Shown here in pieces: positions 51,546 to 61,148 of a DNA stretch of 64,000 nucleotides (position 1 is the first letter of the stretch; each line of letters opens with the position of its first letter). The notes below the pieces were generated by a model. The model ran no database searches. It was not told where the DNA came from and was given only the letters and a program-made list of their open reading frames with translations. Where the stretch lies: the NCBI GenBank assembly GCA_000092065.1, contig CP000593.1; one strand, written 5' to 3'. The position numbers and the translations under genes are program-made. The DNA comes from Ostreococcus lucimarinus. Its lineage: Eukaryota.

Positions 51546-51669
51546 GTGCGGCTTTGGAATCGCGAGCTGTCTTTGGAATTTTAAATTCCAAAGCGACGCT
51601 CGGACGCGACGTTCAGACGCGCCGCGGCGATCGAACGACGGCGCGCGGGTTCGCGAACGCAAAACACAG
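51546..51669 (+). other. Introner-like element copy (124 nt, GT...AG, plus-strand orientation), most likely a 5'-UTR intron of the downstream plus-strand gene; candidate
   Basis: Starts GTGCGGC and ends GCGAACGCAAAACACAG. Internal gcgatcgaacgacggcgcgcgggttcgcgaacgc is near-identical to the AP-2 alpha intron segment cattcgatcgaacgaaacgacgcgcgg...cgcgaacgcgaacgcag. It also contains a perfect palindrome ctttggaattttaaattccaaag. Same length (124 nt) as the Derlin intron. Confidence 0.35.
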
Positions 51670-52284
51670 CGTGATGATGATACAACAATATCGCGCTCGA
51701 CGACGGCGCGTCGTCGTCGCGTCGACGCCGCGTCTCGCGCCGCGTCGTTCGTCGTCGCCGAAAATTCGTCGCCGAACGCGCGTCACGCCGAAAATCCATC
51801 CCGCGAATCGTCGCCGTCGTCGTCTCGCGCCTCGATCGCCCCCTGCACGTCCACCGCCATCGCGTACACCGCGATCGACGCCGCGCCGTGCGTCGCGTAC
51901 GCCAATCCGATCGCGACGCCGCGACGCGAGACGCCGCGCCGAGCCACCGCGAGCGTCGCGCACGCCGCGCTCGCGCACGCGTCGATCACCGCGCTCGCGC
52001 CGCCCGCGACGCGCAGCGTCGCGAGCGCGCCCTGGACGCCGCGCCGCCCGCGCGCGCTCGGGACGAAGAACGTCGTCGCCGCGAGCGCGCCGAGGACGCC
52101 GGGCACGAGCGCGACGTACAGCGCGCGCGGCGCCGCGACGACGAGCGCGATCGACGCCGCGCCCCACGCGCCGACGAGCGGCGCGCTCGCGCTCCAGCGC
52201 GCGATGGCGCGACGCGCGAGCGCGTCGGCGCCCGCGCGCGCCGGCGCCGGCGCCATCGCGCGCGCGAATGCCGACGACACAACC

Positions 52285-53256
52285 ATGCGCGACGACGACG
52301 CGGAAACCGGCGCGCGCGCGCGCGACGCGCTCGCGAGGCACGGCGAGGCGTTCATGGCGATGTTCGACGCCGACGACGACGGCGCGCGACGGCGACGCGG
52401 GCCGCGCGGCGCGAAAGCGCGCGATGGGTCGGCGCCGGCGGCGGCGAAGAAACGCGCGCGCGACGACGACGACGCGACGACGACGCGACGCGCGCGCTCG
52501 ACGGACGCGGTCGCGAAGACATCGCGCGCCGCGAACGGGTCGACGTCGGACGACGGGAAGACGATGGTGTTCGACGGACGACGGACGGTTTCGGCGGCGG
52601 CGGCGAAGGCGAAGGCGCGGGACGCGAGCGCGGCGAGCGCGAGTCCGAGCGGACGGCTGATCGATACGAAAAAGGCGCGAAAGGCGTTCATGAGCGCCGA
52701 GGCGGGGAAGGTGCTGAACGATGACGTGGTGAGAGCGGCGCGCGAGCGCGACAAGGACGCGGAGGATGGCGGCGAGGCGAGGTTCGGGAAATTTAGCGCG
52801 CTGCGGGAGGAGGTGCAAGCGTTCGGCGCGCGCGGATTGGCGAAGTGGGATAGGCAGGCGCTGGAAACGAAACGATTGGTCGAGCTCGGGATGAAGCCGA
52901 AGAAAGGACCGAGGATTCCGCCGACCATCGGCGTCGGGTTGGCCAAGGCGAACGAAAAGCGCGCGGAGACGGCGAGGCAGGAGGCGTTCGCGGCTGGGTA
53001 TAAGCTCGAAAAGAAGGCGGCGAAGAAGTCGAGCGATGCTGCGCGCGATCGCGGATTAGCGTGGGGGTCGTCGACGTTTAGTACCAGTAACGGGGTGATG
53101 AAGGTGAACAAGAGAGACATGGTGAATCACGACAAGTTGGTGGACACGAAGGCGATGCTGCGCGGCGAGGGCAGGCGGCCGCAGATGAAGTCGTCCGGGA
53201 AGAAGACAAAGAAAAAAGGCAAGGCAGTCAAGGCGGGGAGAAAGTCCAAGCGATGA
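52285..53256 (+). CDS. Hypothetical basic Lys/Ala-rich protein (323 aa), possibly nucleolar/ribosome-biogenesis type (speculative)
   Basis: ATG at 52285. C-terminal conserved-looking block ALETKRLVELGMKPKKGPRIPPTIGVGLAKANEKRAETARQEAFAAGYKLEKK and a KKTKKKGKAVKAGRKSKR tail. The 760 bp upstream are Arg-rich shadow ORFs and contain the introner-like element at 51546..51669, so additional 5' exon or UTR structure is likely. Confidence 0.4.
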   Translation: MRDDDAETGARARDALARHGEAFMAMFDADDDGARRRRGPRGAKARDGSAPAAAKKRARDDDDATTTRRARSTDAVAKTSRAANGSTSDDGKTMVFDGRRTVSAAAAKAKARDASAASASPSGRLIDTKKARKAFMSAEAGKVLNDDVVRAARERDKDAEDGGEARFGKFSALREEVQAFGARGLAKWDRQALETKRLVELGMKPKKGPRIPPTIGVGLAKANEKRAETARQEAFAAGYKLEKKAAKKSSDAARDRGLAWGSSTFSTSNGVMKVNKRDMVNHDKLVDTKAMLRGEGRRPQMKSSGKKTKKKGKAVKAGRKSKR

Positions 53257-53317
53257 GCCGATGAGCTTAACTAGGAACTAATAGCGTTGTATTATCAAAC
53301 ACCTGTGTACGTTTCGA

Positions 53318-56300
53318 CTACGCCCCGGCTCGACGAATCGCGTCTTGACTCTGCGCGGGCAGACTGGAGAGCGTAGCTCGCACGCGCTGATCTTCGGCGC
53401 GCGAGAGCGCGATTCCTAATATTCGCGACGTGTCTATCGGTGCGAGCGCACCATCGGTGACCACTTCGGCTAAAATACCGACGATGCGAGTCATCGCGGC
53501 GTCGGCGAGCGAGGTTGGATTTTCCGTAATCGTCGACGCGAGCCAATGGTAGACGTCCGGGCCTTCTTCTAAATCGTTTCGCAAGGGTAGCGCGTTGAGA
53601 ACGACATCAAGCAGTGCGGATGCGTTTTCGCGAGCATGACCGCCGTCGATGACTTGTAGCAAACGCGCGATGGCGCCCACGGCGTTATCGCGAACGCCGC
53701 CGTCGGATTCTCGGTCCGCTCGCGTCATCGGCGCGAGTGCCTCCGCGATGGCGCCGTGGAAATCTATCGCGCTCGCACCACCTATTTGCGCCAGTATACC
53801 GATGCAATAAATACTGTTGCGCCTCAAACCGACGTCCAGAGACGCGACGTCACGCAAACACCTCGGGAGCGCAACGACGGCGCATCCCGCAGCGGGCGCA
53901 CCGACGGCGCGCACCACCTCGACGAGCGTCGCGTAGCACAGTGAACGCTCGGTTTCGGTATGATTTTCTTCCGTGCGCTTCATCAAAGCGTTGAAGTGCG
54001 GCACAAAGTGCGTCGCGAACGTCTCTCCCATGTACATCGCGAGCGCAGGTAAGAGCTCGGCGACGGCTTCGATGACAACCAAGCCCGCTTCGACGTCTTC
54101 GTCTTCGTCTTCATCGCCTTCTTCGTCGCCTTCTTCGCTGTCATACCCATCTTCGACTTGACAGAACGTGTTGCCCTCTAGAATTTCCAAACTTGCCGCG
54201 GTGAGATCGATGACGTGCTGCGAGACGTCTACCCCGCGATGTTCTTTGAGAATGTTTACGAGAAGCGCCGCGGCTTCCACGGACGCGGCCACCGCATCCC
54301 GATCTTCGTCTTCTAAAACACAACGAATCGTGGCCGAGAGTGAGTCGTTCACCAGTTCTTTCGCGCCTTCGGGGTTGATGCTGAGTGCCGCGATCGTAGT
54401 TTGCGCGAGCGCAAGGTGCGCCTGCACGCGCACCATCTCGTGCATATAATCCGTCATGCCTCCGAGTAGCTCGGACGCCTTGGCGATGTACGGCGCGAAT
54501 GCGCGAGGACAATGCGAAGCATAACAATTCAGCGCTTTGCACGCCGACGCTTTCTCGTCCATGACGCCGGAGCGAATGGAGTAACCCGCCGGCTTCCTCG
54601 TCATACCATCGGCACCGTCGCCGTCGCCGTCGTCGTCCGAATCCAACTCTTCGCGATCGGCTTCGTCCTCGCTGTCAAACATGATACCATCGTCCAGTTC
54701 GAGCGACGCGAACGCTTTCTGCGCGCACACGGCGAGGTAGCGATCGAAATCTTCCTTGAGCGCCTCCGCCACTTCGCCAAACAAGCCGTGGGCGTATTCC
54801 CGGAGCTCGGCAAAATCGAGCTCGAACCCAGAGAGCCCGGCTTGCATGGCGTTTTCCACGTGCGGTCCCATGGCCTCCTTGCCACCTTCGGCCGAAATCA
54901 ACATCCCCAGCACTTCTAACGCGCGCGCGCGAACGTTCAATTCTTCATCCGCCGTCAGAGACAAGCAACGATCGAGTCTAGGCAAGAGTTCGCCCAAGTA
55001 CGGATGCACCTTGTCCCCGCTCGACGCCGTCGCGGACGCGAGCGCCGAAAGTAACATCTCGCGCACGTGGCGCTTGGCACCGCTATCGAGAGCTAATAAG
55101 ACTATGTCGAGCAAAGGTTTGACGTACACGCCGACTTCGTCTTGAACGTCTTCCAACCACGCATCCATTGCATACATCATGCGCTCTTGCACGCTCTTCA
55201 CTTGCTCAACCGGAAGCGCGGTGAATAAGCTCGGCAGCACTTGCTTGTGCATGTCCGGGTCTTCCAACGTCAACCCAAGGTGCTCGGCAAACTGTCCGAG
55301 CGTAAACGCCGCCGCGCCTCGCACGGGTCCATTTAGATCGCTCAAGCGTCCGACCACACTCGGCACGATGGTGCTCGCGTGCGCGCGCACGCCCTCGGCG
55401 CACCCTTCGGTGACGACGCCGAGCACGGCGACTGCGGCGTGACGCAAGCGGTCGTTCGATGCATTGTTGATATTCGCCGCGGCGAATGACAGAACCGTCG
55501 GAAGGACATACTTTGCCGGCACTTTAAGCGCTAAAATATCAATGAGCTGACTCGCTACGGTTTGTATGTGCACCTCGTCTTCGTCTTCGAGATCGTCCTC
55601 GCCCGCGAGCTCGGCTTCCTTGGGCTCACCACACAGCGGGCACAACACGGCCAGCATCGGCTCGACAAGCTTAGACTTTGTCAGTGCCTTTGGTTTGTGA
55701 CGCGCCATGTACGCCAGCACGTCTAACGCGCGTCGTCGCGCGCTCGTCCCGAGCTCGCGTTCCGCCGTGGCGACTTGAATGCAAAAGCCGACGACGGCGG
55801 GCACGTGTCCACTCAAAGCGCTCGTGCGACTCTCCGTGAGCGCATCTAGGACCTCAAACACGATCGATGCCGACTCTTCGTCTTCGTTCGACACCGCCGT
55901 CTTCGCCGCCTCGAGCACGTGCGGCACCAACGACTTTATCACCGCCACCTCCTCGGGCTCGCCCGACGCGTTCGCCACCAACGCCCCGACGGCGCGAAGC
56001 GCGCTCACCCGCACCTCATCGTGCGCGTCCACGAGTCCGTTCGCAAACAATCCCGCCAACGTCTTAAAGTGATGACTCAGCGAGCTCACGATCGTCTCCG
56101 TCAGGCTCTCGAACAACTTAAACGCCAACGCTCGATGCGCCGTCTCGGGCGAGCTCGCGCACTGTCCCAAAAATTCCAACAACTCGTTCCACTCCCCCTG
56201 CGGCACCGTCCAACGCGCGATTTTCGCGATAACGTCCAGCACCGCATTCCTCAGCGCCTTGCTCTCCGCCGTCATCGCTCGATCCAGAAGCGCTCGCTTC

Positions 56301-56602
56301 GCCTCGTCCCTCTCGCCGCGCGTCAACCTCGACGCGAACGCCCTCGGCGTGCACCTTCGCTTCACCGTCACGCACGCCAGCGTTCGCACCGCCTCCGCGT
56401 CGCTCGCCGACATCGTCGGCACCGTCTCCGTCCAGCCTCCGCACGCGATCGCGAGCAGCGACTTGAGCGCGCCGTCCGCGCGCTTCACCGCCGACAGCAG
56501 CGCCGCCTCGCCGCGCTCGCGCCGCCGCGCGTCCGCGCTCAGCGCGTCGCCGAGCAGCGCGAGCACGCCCGGGACGGAGCAGTCGATCGCGTCCGTCGCC
56601 AT
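53318..56602 (-). CDS. Importin-beta family nuclear transport receptor (importin-4/importin-5-like; 1094 aa)
   Basis: ATG at 56602. N-terminal importin-N-like region and HEAT repeats throughout, with acidic insertions (DSEDEADREELDSDDDGDGDGADG, EEGDEEGDEDEDEDVE) typical of the importin-beta-3/4 subfamily. Length matches IPO4/IPO5. Confidence 0.65.
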   Translation of the reverse strand: MATDAIDCSVPGVLALLGDALSADARRRERGEAALLSAVKRADGALKSLLAIACGGWTETVPTMSASDAEAVRTLACVTVKRRCTPRAFASRLTRGERDEAKRALLDRAMTAESKALRNAVLDVIAKIARWTVPQGEWNELLEFLGQCASSPETAHRALAFKLFESLTETIVSSLSHHFKTLAGLFANGLVDAHDEVRVSALRAVGALVANASGEPEEVAVIKSLVPHVLEAAKTAVSNEDEESASIVFEVLDALTESRTSALSGHVPAVVGFCIQVATAERELGTSARRRALDVLAYMARHKPKALTKSKLVEPMLAVLCPLCGEPKEAELAGEDDLEDEDEVHIQTVASQLIDILALKVPAKYVLPTVLSFAAANINNASNDRLRHAAVAVLGVVTEGCAEGVRAHASTIVPSVVGRLSDLNGPVRGAAAFTLGQFAEHLGLTLEDPDMHKQVLPSLFTALPVEQVKSVQERMMYAMDAWLEDVQDEVGVYVKPLLDIVLLALDSGAKRHVREMLLSALASATASSGDKVHPYLGELLPRLDRCLSLTADEELNVRARALEVLGMLISAEGGKEAMGPHVENAMQAGLSGFELDFAELREYAHGLFGEVAEALKEDFDRYLAVCAQKAFASLELDDGIMFDSEDEADREELDSDDDGDGDGADGMTRKPAGYSIRSGVMDEKASACKALNCYASHCPRAFAPYIAKASELLGGMTDYMHEMVRVQAHLALAQTTIAALSINPEGAKELVNDSLSATIRCVLEDEDRDAVAASVEAAALLVNILKEHRGVDVSQHVIDLTAASLEILEGNTFCQVEDGYDSEEGDEEGDEDEDEDVEAGLVVIEAVAELLPALAMYMGETFATHFVPHFNALMKRTEENHTETERSLCYATLVEVVRAVGAPAAGCAVVALPRCLRDVASLDVGLRRNSIYCIGILAQIGGASAIDFHGAIAEALAPMTRADRESDGGVRDNAVGAIARLLQVIDGGHARENASALLDVVLNALPLRNDLEEGPDVYHWLASTITENPTSLADAAMTRIVGILAEVVTDGALAPIDTSRILGIALSRAEDQRVRATLSSLPAQSQDAIRRAGA

Positions 56603-56766
56603 GGCGCGCGGCGCTCGATCGCCGGCGCGTCGCGCGACCGCGCGGCGTCGTCGAGTGCGGTCGGCGCTTCATCGCGGCCGCCGCACACGACGACGCGAGA
56701 CGCGCGCGCGGCGCGACCGCGCCGACGACGACGCGACGACGCGACGACGCGCGGTGACCGTCGCGC

Positions 56767-58995
56767 ATGTTCGCGCGCTCGACGTCGACGGCGCACAGGC
56801 GCGGCGCGGGCATCATCCCGCCTCGCGTGCACGCGTTGGACACGAACGACGAAATCGCCGCGCGCGTCGACGCGTGCGCGCGCGCGGTGCCGTCGAGCGA
56901 CGCGAACGATGCGCTCGCGCTGTTCGGTCGCGCGCTCGAGCACTCGCCGGCGCTGAAACAGCGCGTGTTGAAGCTCGAACGAGAATTCACGAACGAAGGA
57001 CGCCGGACGTACGACGCGCTCGCGGACGCGCTGGAGTCGGTGTCCGACGCCGACGTCGGGTGCGCGCACAAGACGCGCGCGTTGGCGACGTGCGTGACGA
57101 CCGGGAGCGGCGAGGGCGCGGACGCGATGCGGGAGGCGATGGAGGCGCTGTCGAGCGAACGCGAGCGGTTGGCGAATTTCACGAGAAACGCGCTGGCGAG
57201 CGAAAACGTGCGAAGAGCGACGGAAAAGGACGTCGGGGAGCTGCGCGAACGTCGTAAAGCGGTGGATGCGGCGAAGAAGGAGTACGATGGGGTGCGACAG
57301 CGATATATGAAGACGACGGGAGGGGAGGAAGAGTTGCGCGCGGCGAAACTGTCGTTTGAGCGCGCGCGACGGGATTTGCTCGTAGCGCTGCAACGAGTGA
57401 ATGTGGCGAAGCACACGCGCACGAAACGGTGCGCCGTAGACTTAATCGACGCGCAGTTGGATTACTTTCGTCGGGGGGTGGAAATATTGACTCGCCTCTC
57501 GCCCACGCTGGATATTTTGAGAAAGGACGTCGCGGCGGCGGAGGCCGAGGGCGCGGACTTAGAGGCGGCGTTGAACGAGGAAATGGAAAAGCTGATGGCG
57601 CGGTGCGATGACGAAGCGCAATCGACATCGGACGCACTGTCGATGGTAAGTGACCGCGCGAGAGAGATGAGCGCGCAGATGGCGTCGTCCGCCGCGGGAT
57701 ACGGGTCCTCTCAAAACGAAGCGTTGATGCAAGGATATTTATTGAAGCGATCGAGCGGGAAAATTCAAGATTGGAAGCGGCGATTCTTCGTTTTGGATGC
57801 GCGCGGATCGCTGACGTACACGAAATCGCTTTCGTCCAATCCGAGGAAAGCGCTCGGCGGGAAGTTGTTATCGCTCGGGTCGATGCGAAATAAGTCGTCA
57901 AACGCGCCTTCGACGCAGACGACTGGCGGAGGAGAGGTACGCGAGACGGTATCTTTGCTCACGGCGACGATTAAACCCGACTTGGACGACGACTCGAACG
58001 CGCGTTTCGCGTTTCGCATCGTTTCTCCCGAAAAGACGTATTATTTACGCTGCGAAAGCAACGCGGAGCGAAGCAAATGGATGGAAGCTATCACGACCGC
58101 GATCGCGAGTTTATTAAATTCGAGCGTGAACGAAACAATCCTGGCAGAGCACGAAGCGAGCGTGAACAAATACGGGAGCAAGCATTCGCGGACGATGTCG
58201 TCGATCTCGAGCGTCTCCGCGTACGACGGTCCGCCACCCTTGACGGTGCTCGGCGCCGTGCCCGGCAACGGATTCTGCGCCGATTGCGACATGCCAGAGC
58301 CGGATTGGGCGAGTCTTAACCTCGGTATCATGCTTTGCTTGCAATGCAGCGGCGTTCATAGGCAGTTGGGCGTGCAGGTGAGCAAAGTTCGGAGCGCAAC
58401 GCTCGACGTGCGCGCGTGGGAGCCAAGCGTGTTGGAATTTTTCTCGCGCTGGGGCAACGCCCAATCGAACGCGCGTTGGGAGTACGAAAAAGCCGAAGTC
58501 GAGGCGAAAAAACCCAACAAGAATTCGTCGCTCGAATCTCGAAAGGCTTTCATACTCTCAAAGTACGTCGCCAAGGCGTTTTGCCGTCGCGAGGCGCAAC
58601 CGACCGAGTCGCAGCTCTTGACGGCGATCAACTCCAACTCGCTACCAGCCGTCATGGATTTACTCCTCAAAGGCCCGCACATCAAGATGCACTGGGTCAT
58701 GCTCACCGCCGCTTGCGACTGCGGTGATGCTTCCATCGCCATCCTCGAAGCTCTGCTGCACCACAACGTCGACGTGAACGCTCGAGAGAATCCGTACACC
58801 GAGGACACCGCGCTCCACTACGCCGCACGAAGAGGCCGAGACGCCTTCGCCAAGGTTCTACTCCGTCGCGGTGCCGACCCGCGCGTCCTCAACGGGCGCG
58901 GTCAGACCGCTTTCGACGTCGCCGTGGACGTTCACGGCGCGATTCGCGACGAGGATTTACTCATCATGCTCAGCGCCGCGCAAGACGACGACTAG
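56767..58995 (+). CDS. ArfGAP of the BAR-PH-ArfGAP-ANK architecture (ACAP/plant AGD1-4-like) (742 aa)
   Basis: ATG at 56767. N-terminal BAR-like coiled region. PH domain (QGYLLKRSSGKIQDWKRRFFVLDARGSLTYTKS). ArfGAP zinc finger (CADCDMPEPDWASLNLGIMLCLQCSGVHRQLGVQVSKVRSATLDVRAWEP, arginine finger included). C-terminal ankyrin repeats (TALHYAARRGRDAFAKVLLRRGADPRVLNGRGQTAFDVAV). Divergent from the importin gene with a 164-bp shared region. Confidence 0.8.
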   Translation: MFARSTSTAHRRGAGIIPPRVHALDTNDEIAARVDACARAVPSSDANDALALFGRALEHSPALKQRVLKLEREFTNEGRRTYDALADALESVSDADVGCAHKTRALATCVTTGSGEGADAMREAMEALSSERERLANFTRNALASENVRRATEKDVGELRERRKAVDAAKKEYDGVRQRYMKTTGGEEELRAAKLSFERARRDLLVALQRVNVAKHTRTKRCAVDLIDAQLDYFRRGVEILTRLSPTLDILRKDVAAAEAEGADLEAALNEEMEKLMARCDDEAQSTSDALSMVSDRAREMSAQMASSAAGYGSSQNEALMQGYLLKRSSGKIQDWKRRFFVLDARGSLTYTKSLSSNPRKALGGKLLSLGSMRNKSSNAPSTQTTGGGEVRETVSLLTATIKPDLDDDSNARFAFRIVSPEKTYYLRCESNAERSKWMEAITTAIASLLNSSVNETILAEHEASVNKYGSKHSRTMSSISSVSAYDGPPPLTVLGAVPGNGFCADCDMPEPDWASLNLGIMLCLQCSGVHRQLGVQVSKVRSATLDVRAWEPSVLEFFSRWGNAQSNARWEYEKAEVEAKKPNKNSSLESRKAFILSKYVAKAFCRREAQPTESQLLTAINSNSLPAVMDLLLKGPHIKMHWVMLTAACDCGDASIAILEALLHHNVDVNARENPYTEDTALHYAARRGRDAFAKVLLRRGADPRVLNGRGQTAFDVAVDVHGAIRDEDLLIMLSAAQDDD

Positions 58996-59192
58996 CCCTT
59001 GTAACGCTCGCGCCCGCGCACCACTAGGGCTGTGCTAGGTCATCGTCGAACCTCATTCGCGCGCGCGTCGCGAACGCCGTCGCGAACGCACGCGCACGCA
59101 CGAGCGCACGCAGGAAACGAACGGCATCGTCGACGACGTCGTGACGACCGCGACGGCGACGGCGCGCGACGAACGGCGCGTCGACGATCGCC

Positions 59193-61028
59193 ATGGGCAA
59201 AAAGAACAAAGACGAGGACCCGAACGAAAAGCTCGATCGCATCGCCATCGTCAACGGCGAGCGGTGCCGACCGAAAAAATGCAAACAAGAGTGTAAGCGA
59301 TCGTGCCCGGTGGTGAAGGTCGGAAAGTTGTGCATCGAGGTCGGACCGAAGGATAAGATTGCGTTTCTGAGCGAGGAGTTGTGCATCGGATGCGGGATTT
59401 GCGTGAAGAAGTGCCCGTTTGAAGCGCTGACGATCATCAATCTGCCGAAGAATTTGGAGCGAGAGACGACGCATAGATATGGGCCGAACACGTTTAAGTT
59501 GCATCGGTTGCCGACGCCGCGCGCGGGACAGGTGCTCGGGTTGGTGGGCACAAACGGGATCGGCAAGTCGACGGCGCTGAAAATTTTGGCGGGGAAATTG
59601 AAGCCGAATCTTGGGAATTTCACGAAACCGCCCGAGTGGAGCGATATTCTCGCGCACTTCCGCGGGTCGGAGTTGCAAAACTATCTGACGAAGATTTTGG
59701 AGGATGACATGAAGGCGTTGATTAAGCCGCAGTACGTCGATAACATTCCGAAAGCCGTCAAGGGAGAAGTCGAGCAATGCTTGAACGATAGAAACGAGTT
59801 GGACAACTTGGAATTTCTCAAGGACCAATTGGACTTGGAGAATGTCATGCAGCGTCAGGTGGCGCAGTTATCTGGGGGGGAGCTTCAGCGGTTCGCCACC
59901 GCGATCATCGCGTGCCAAAAGGCAGACATTTATATGTTTGACGAGCCGTCGTCGTACTTAGACGTCAAGCAACGTTTGAAGGCGTCTCGGGTGATTCGTT
60001 CTTTGTTAAAGAACGATACGTACGTCATCGTCGTCGAGCACGATTTGTCCGTGCTCGATTACTTGTCCGACTTCATTTGCTGCCTGTACGGGAAGCCCGG
60101 GGCGTACGGCGTCGTCACCATGCCCTTCTCTGTTCGCGAAGGCATCAACATTTTCCTCGCCGGTTTTGTGCCGACGGAGAACTTGCGTTTCCGCGACGAG
60201 GCGCTCACGTTCAAAGTCGCGGGCGCGGATAGTGGGATGGAGATTACCGACAAACATTTTTCGCGATACGAATACCCGGCGTTGGTGAAGACGCAGGGCG
60301 ATTTCAAACTCAACGTCGAGTCCGGTGAGTTCACCGATAGCGAAATTGTCGTGTTGCTCGGGGAGAACGGTACGGGTAAGACGACTTTTATTCGCCTTAT
60401 CGCCGGCTTGATTCAACCGGACGACGAAGAACTCGAACTTCCGGAGTTCAACGTGTCGTACAAGCCTCAAAAGATTTCCCCGAAGTTCCCGGGCACCGTG
60501 CGCGAGTTGCTTCACAAGAAGATTCGCGACTCTTACATGCACCCTCAGTTCGTTTCGGACGTTATGAAGCCTATGAACATCGATCCGTTGATGGACCAAG
60601 CGGTGCAAAACCTCTCCGGTGGTGAATTGCAACGCGTGGCGTTGGCGATGTGCATGGGTACGCCCGCGGACATTTACCTCATCGACGAACCGTCGGCGTA
60701 TTTGGATTCCGAGCAACGTGTGTGGGCGTCTAAGGTTATCAAGCGCTTCATCTTGCACGCCAAAAAGGTGGCTTTTATCGTGGAGCACGATTTCATCATG
60801 GCCACGTACCTCGCGGACAAGGTTGTGGTGTACTCTGGCGTCCCCGCCATCGAAGCGACGGCGCACGCGCCGCAGTCTTTGTTGACGGGTATGAACATGT
60901 TCCTGAAGGCGTTGGAGATTACGTTTCGACGCGATCCCACGAACTACCGTCCGCGCATTAACAAGTACCAGTCCCAGCTCGACAGCGAACAAAAGGCGGC
61001 GAACTGCTACTACTTGCTCGACGAGTAA
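59193..61028 (+). CDS. ABCE1: ABCE1 / RNase L inhibitor (Rli1) ribosome-recycling ATPase (611 aa), single exon
   Basis: N-terminal FeS domain ([35 protein letters not shown]...[16 protein letters not shown]). Two ABC cassettes ([20 protein letters not shown], two Walker B sites). Highly conserved across the full length. Confidence 0.97.
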   Translation: MGKKNKDEDPNEKLDRIAIVNGERCRPKKCKQECKRSCPVVKVGKLCIEVGPKDKIAFLSEELCIGCGICVKKCPFEALTIINLPKNLERETTHRYGPNTFKLHRLPTPRAGQVLGLVGTNGIGKSTALKILAGKLKPNLGNFTKPPEWSDILAHFRGSELQNYLTKILEDDMKALIKPQYVDNIPKAVKGEVEQCLNDRNELDNLEFLKDQLDLENVMQRQVAQLSGGELQRFATAIIACQKADIYMFDEPSSYLDVKQRLKASRVIRSLLKNDTYVIVVEHDLSVLDYLSDFICCLYGKPGAYGVVTMPFSVREGINIFLAGFVPTENLRFRDEALTFKVAGADSGMEITDKHFSRYEYPALVKTQGDFKLNVESGEFTDSEIVVLLGENGTGKTTFIRLIAGLIQPDDEELELPEFNVSYKPQKISPKFPGTVRELLHKKIRDSYMHPQFVSDVMKPMNIDPLMDQAVQNLSGGELQRVALAMCMGTPADIYLIDEPSAYLDSEQRVWASKVIKRFILHAKKVAFIVEHDFIMATYLADKVVVYSGVPAIEATAHAPQSLLTGMNMFLKALEITFRRDPTNYRPRINKYQSQLDSEQKAANCYYLLDE

Positions 61029-61148
61029 GCGTCTCGTCTCGATTCACTTCAGTAGCCTTAGCGTAGATCGTGTCAATGTCGTCATGTTTTGTGTCATTGG
61101 TCTCATCATCACATCAGTGTTTCGTCTTCTAAGTCATCTAATCGTATT

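Noticed and set aside
51397-53256. 619-aa and 368-aa plus-strand ORFs and 401-aa and 445-aa minus-strand ORFs across 51400-53100
   Set aside because: Only the frame giving the Lys/Ala-rich 323-aa protein from ATG 52285 has non-Arg-run composition and a conserved-looking C-terminal block. The others are Arg-run shadows on both strands.
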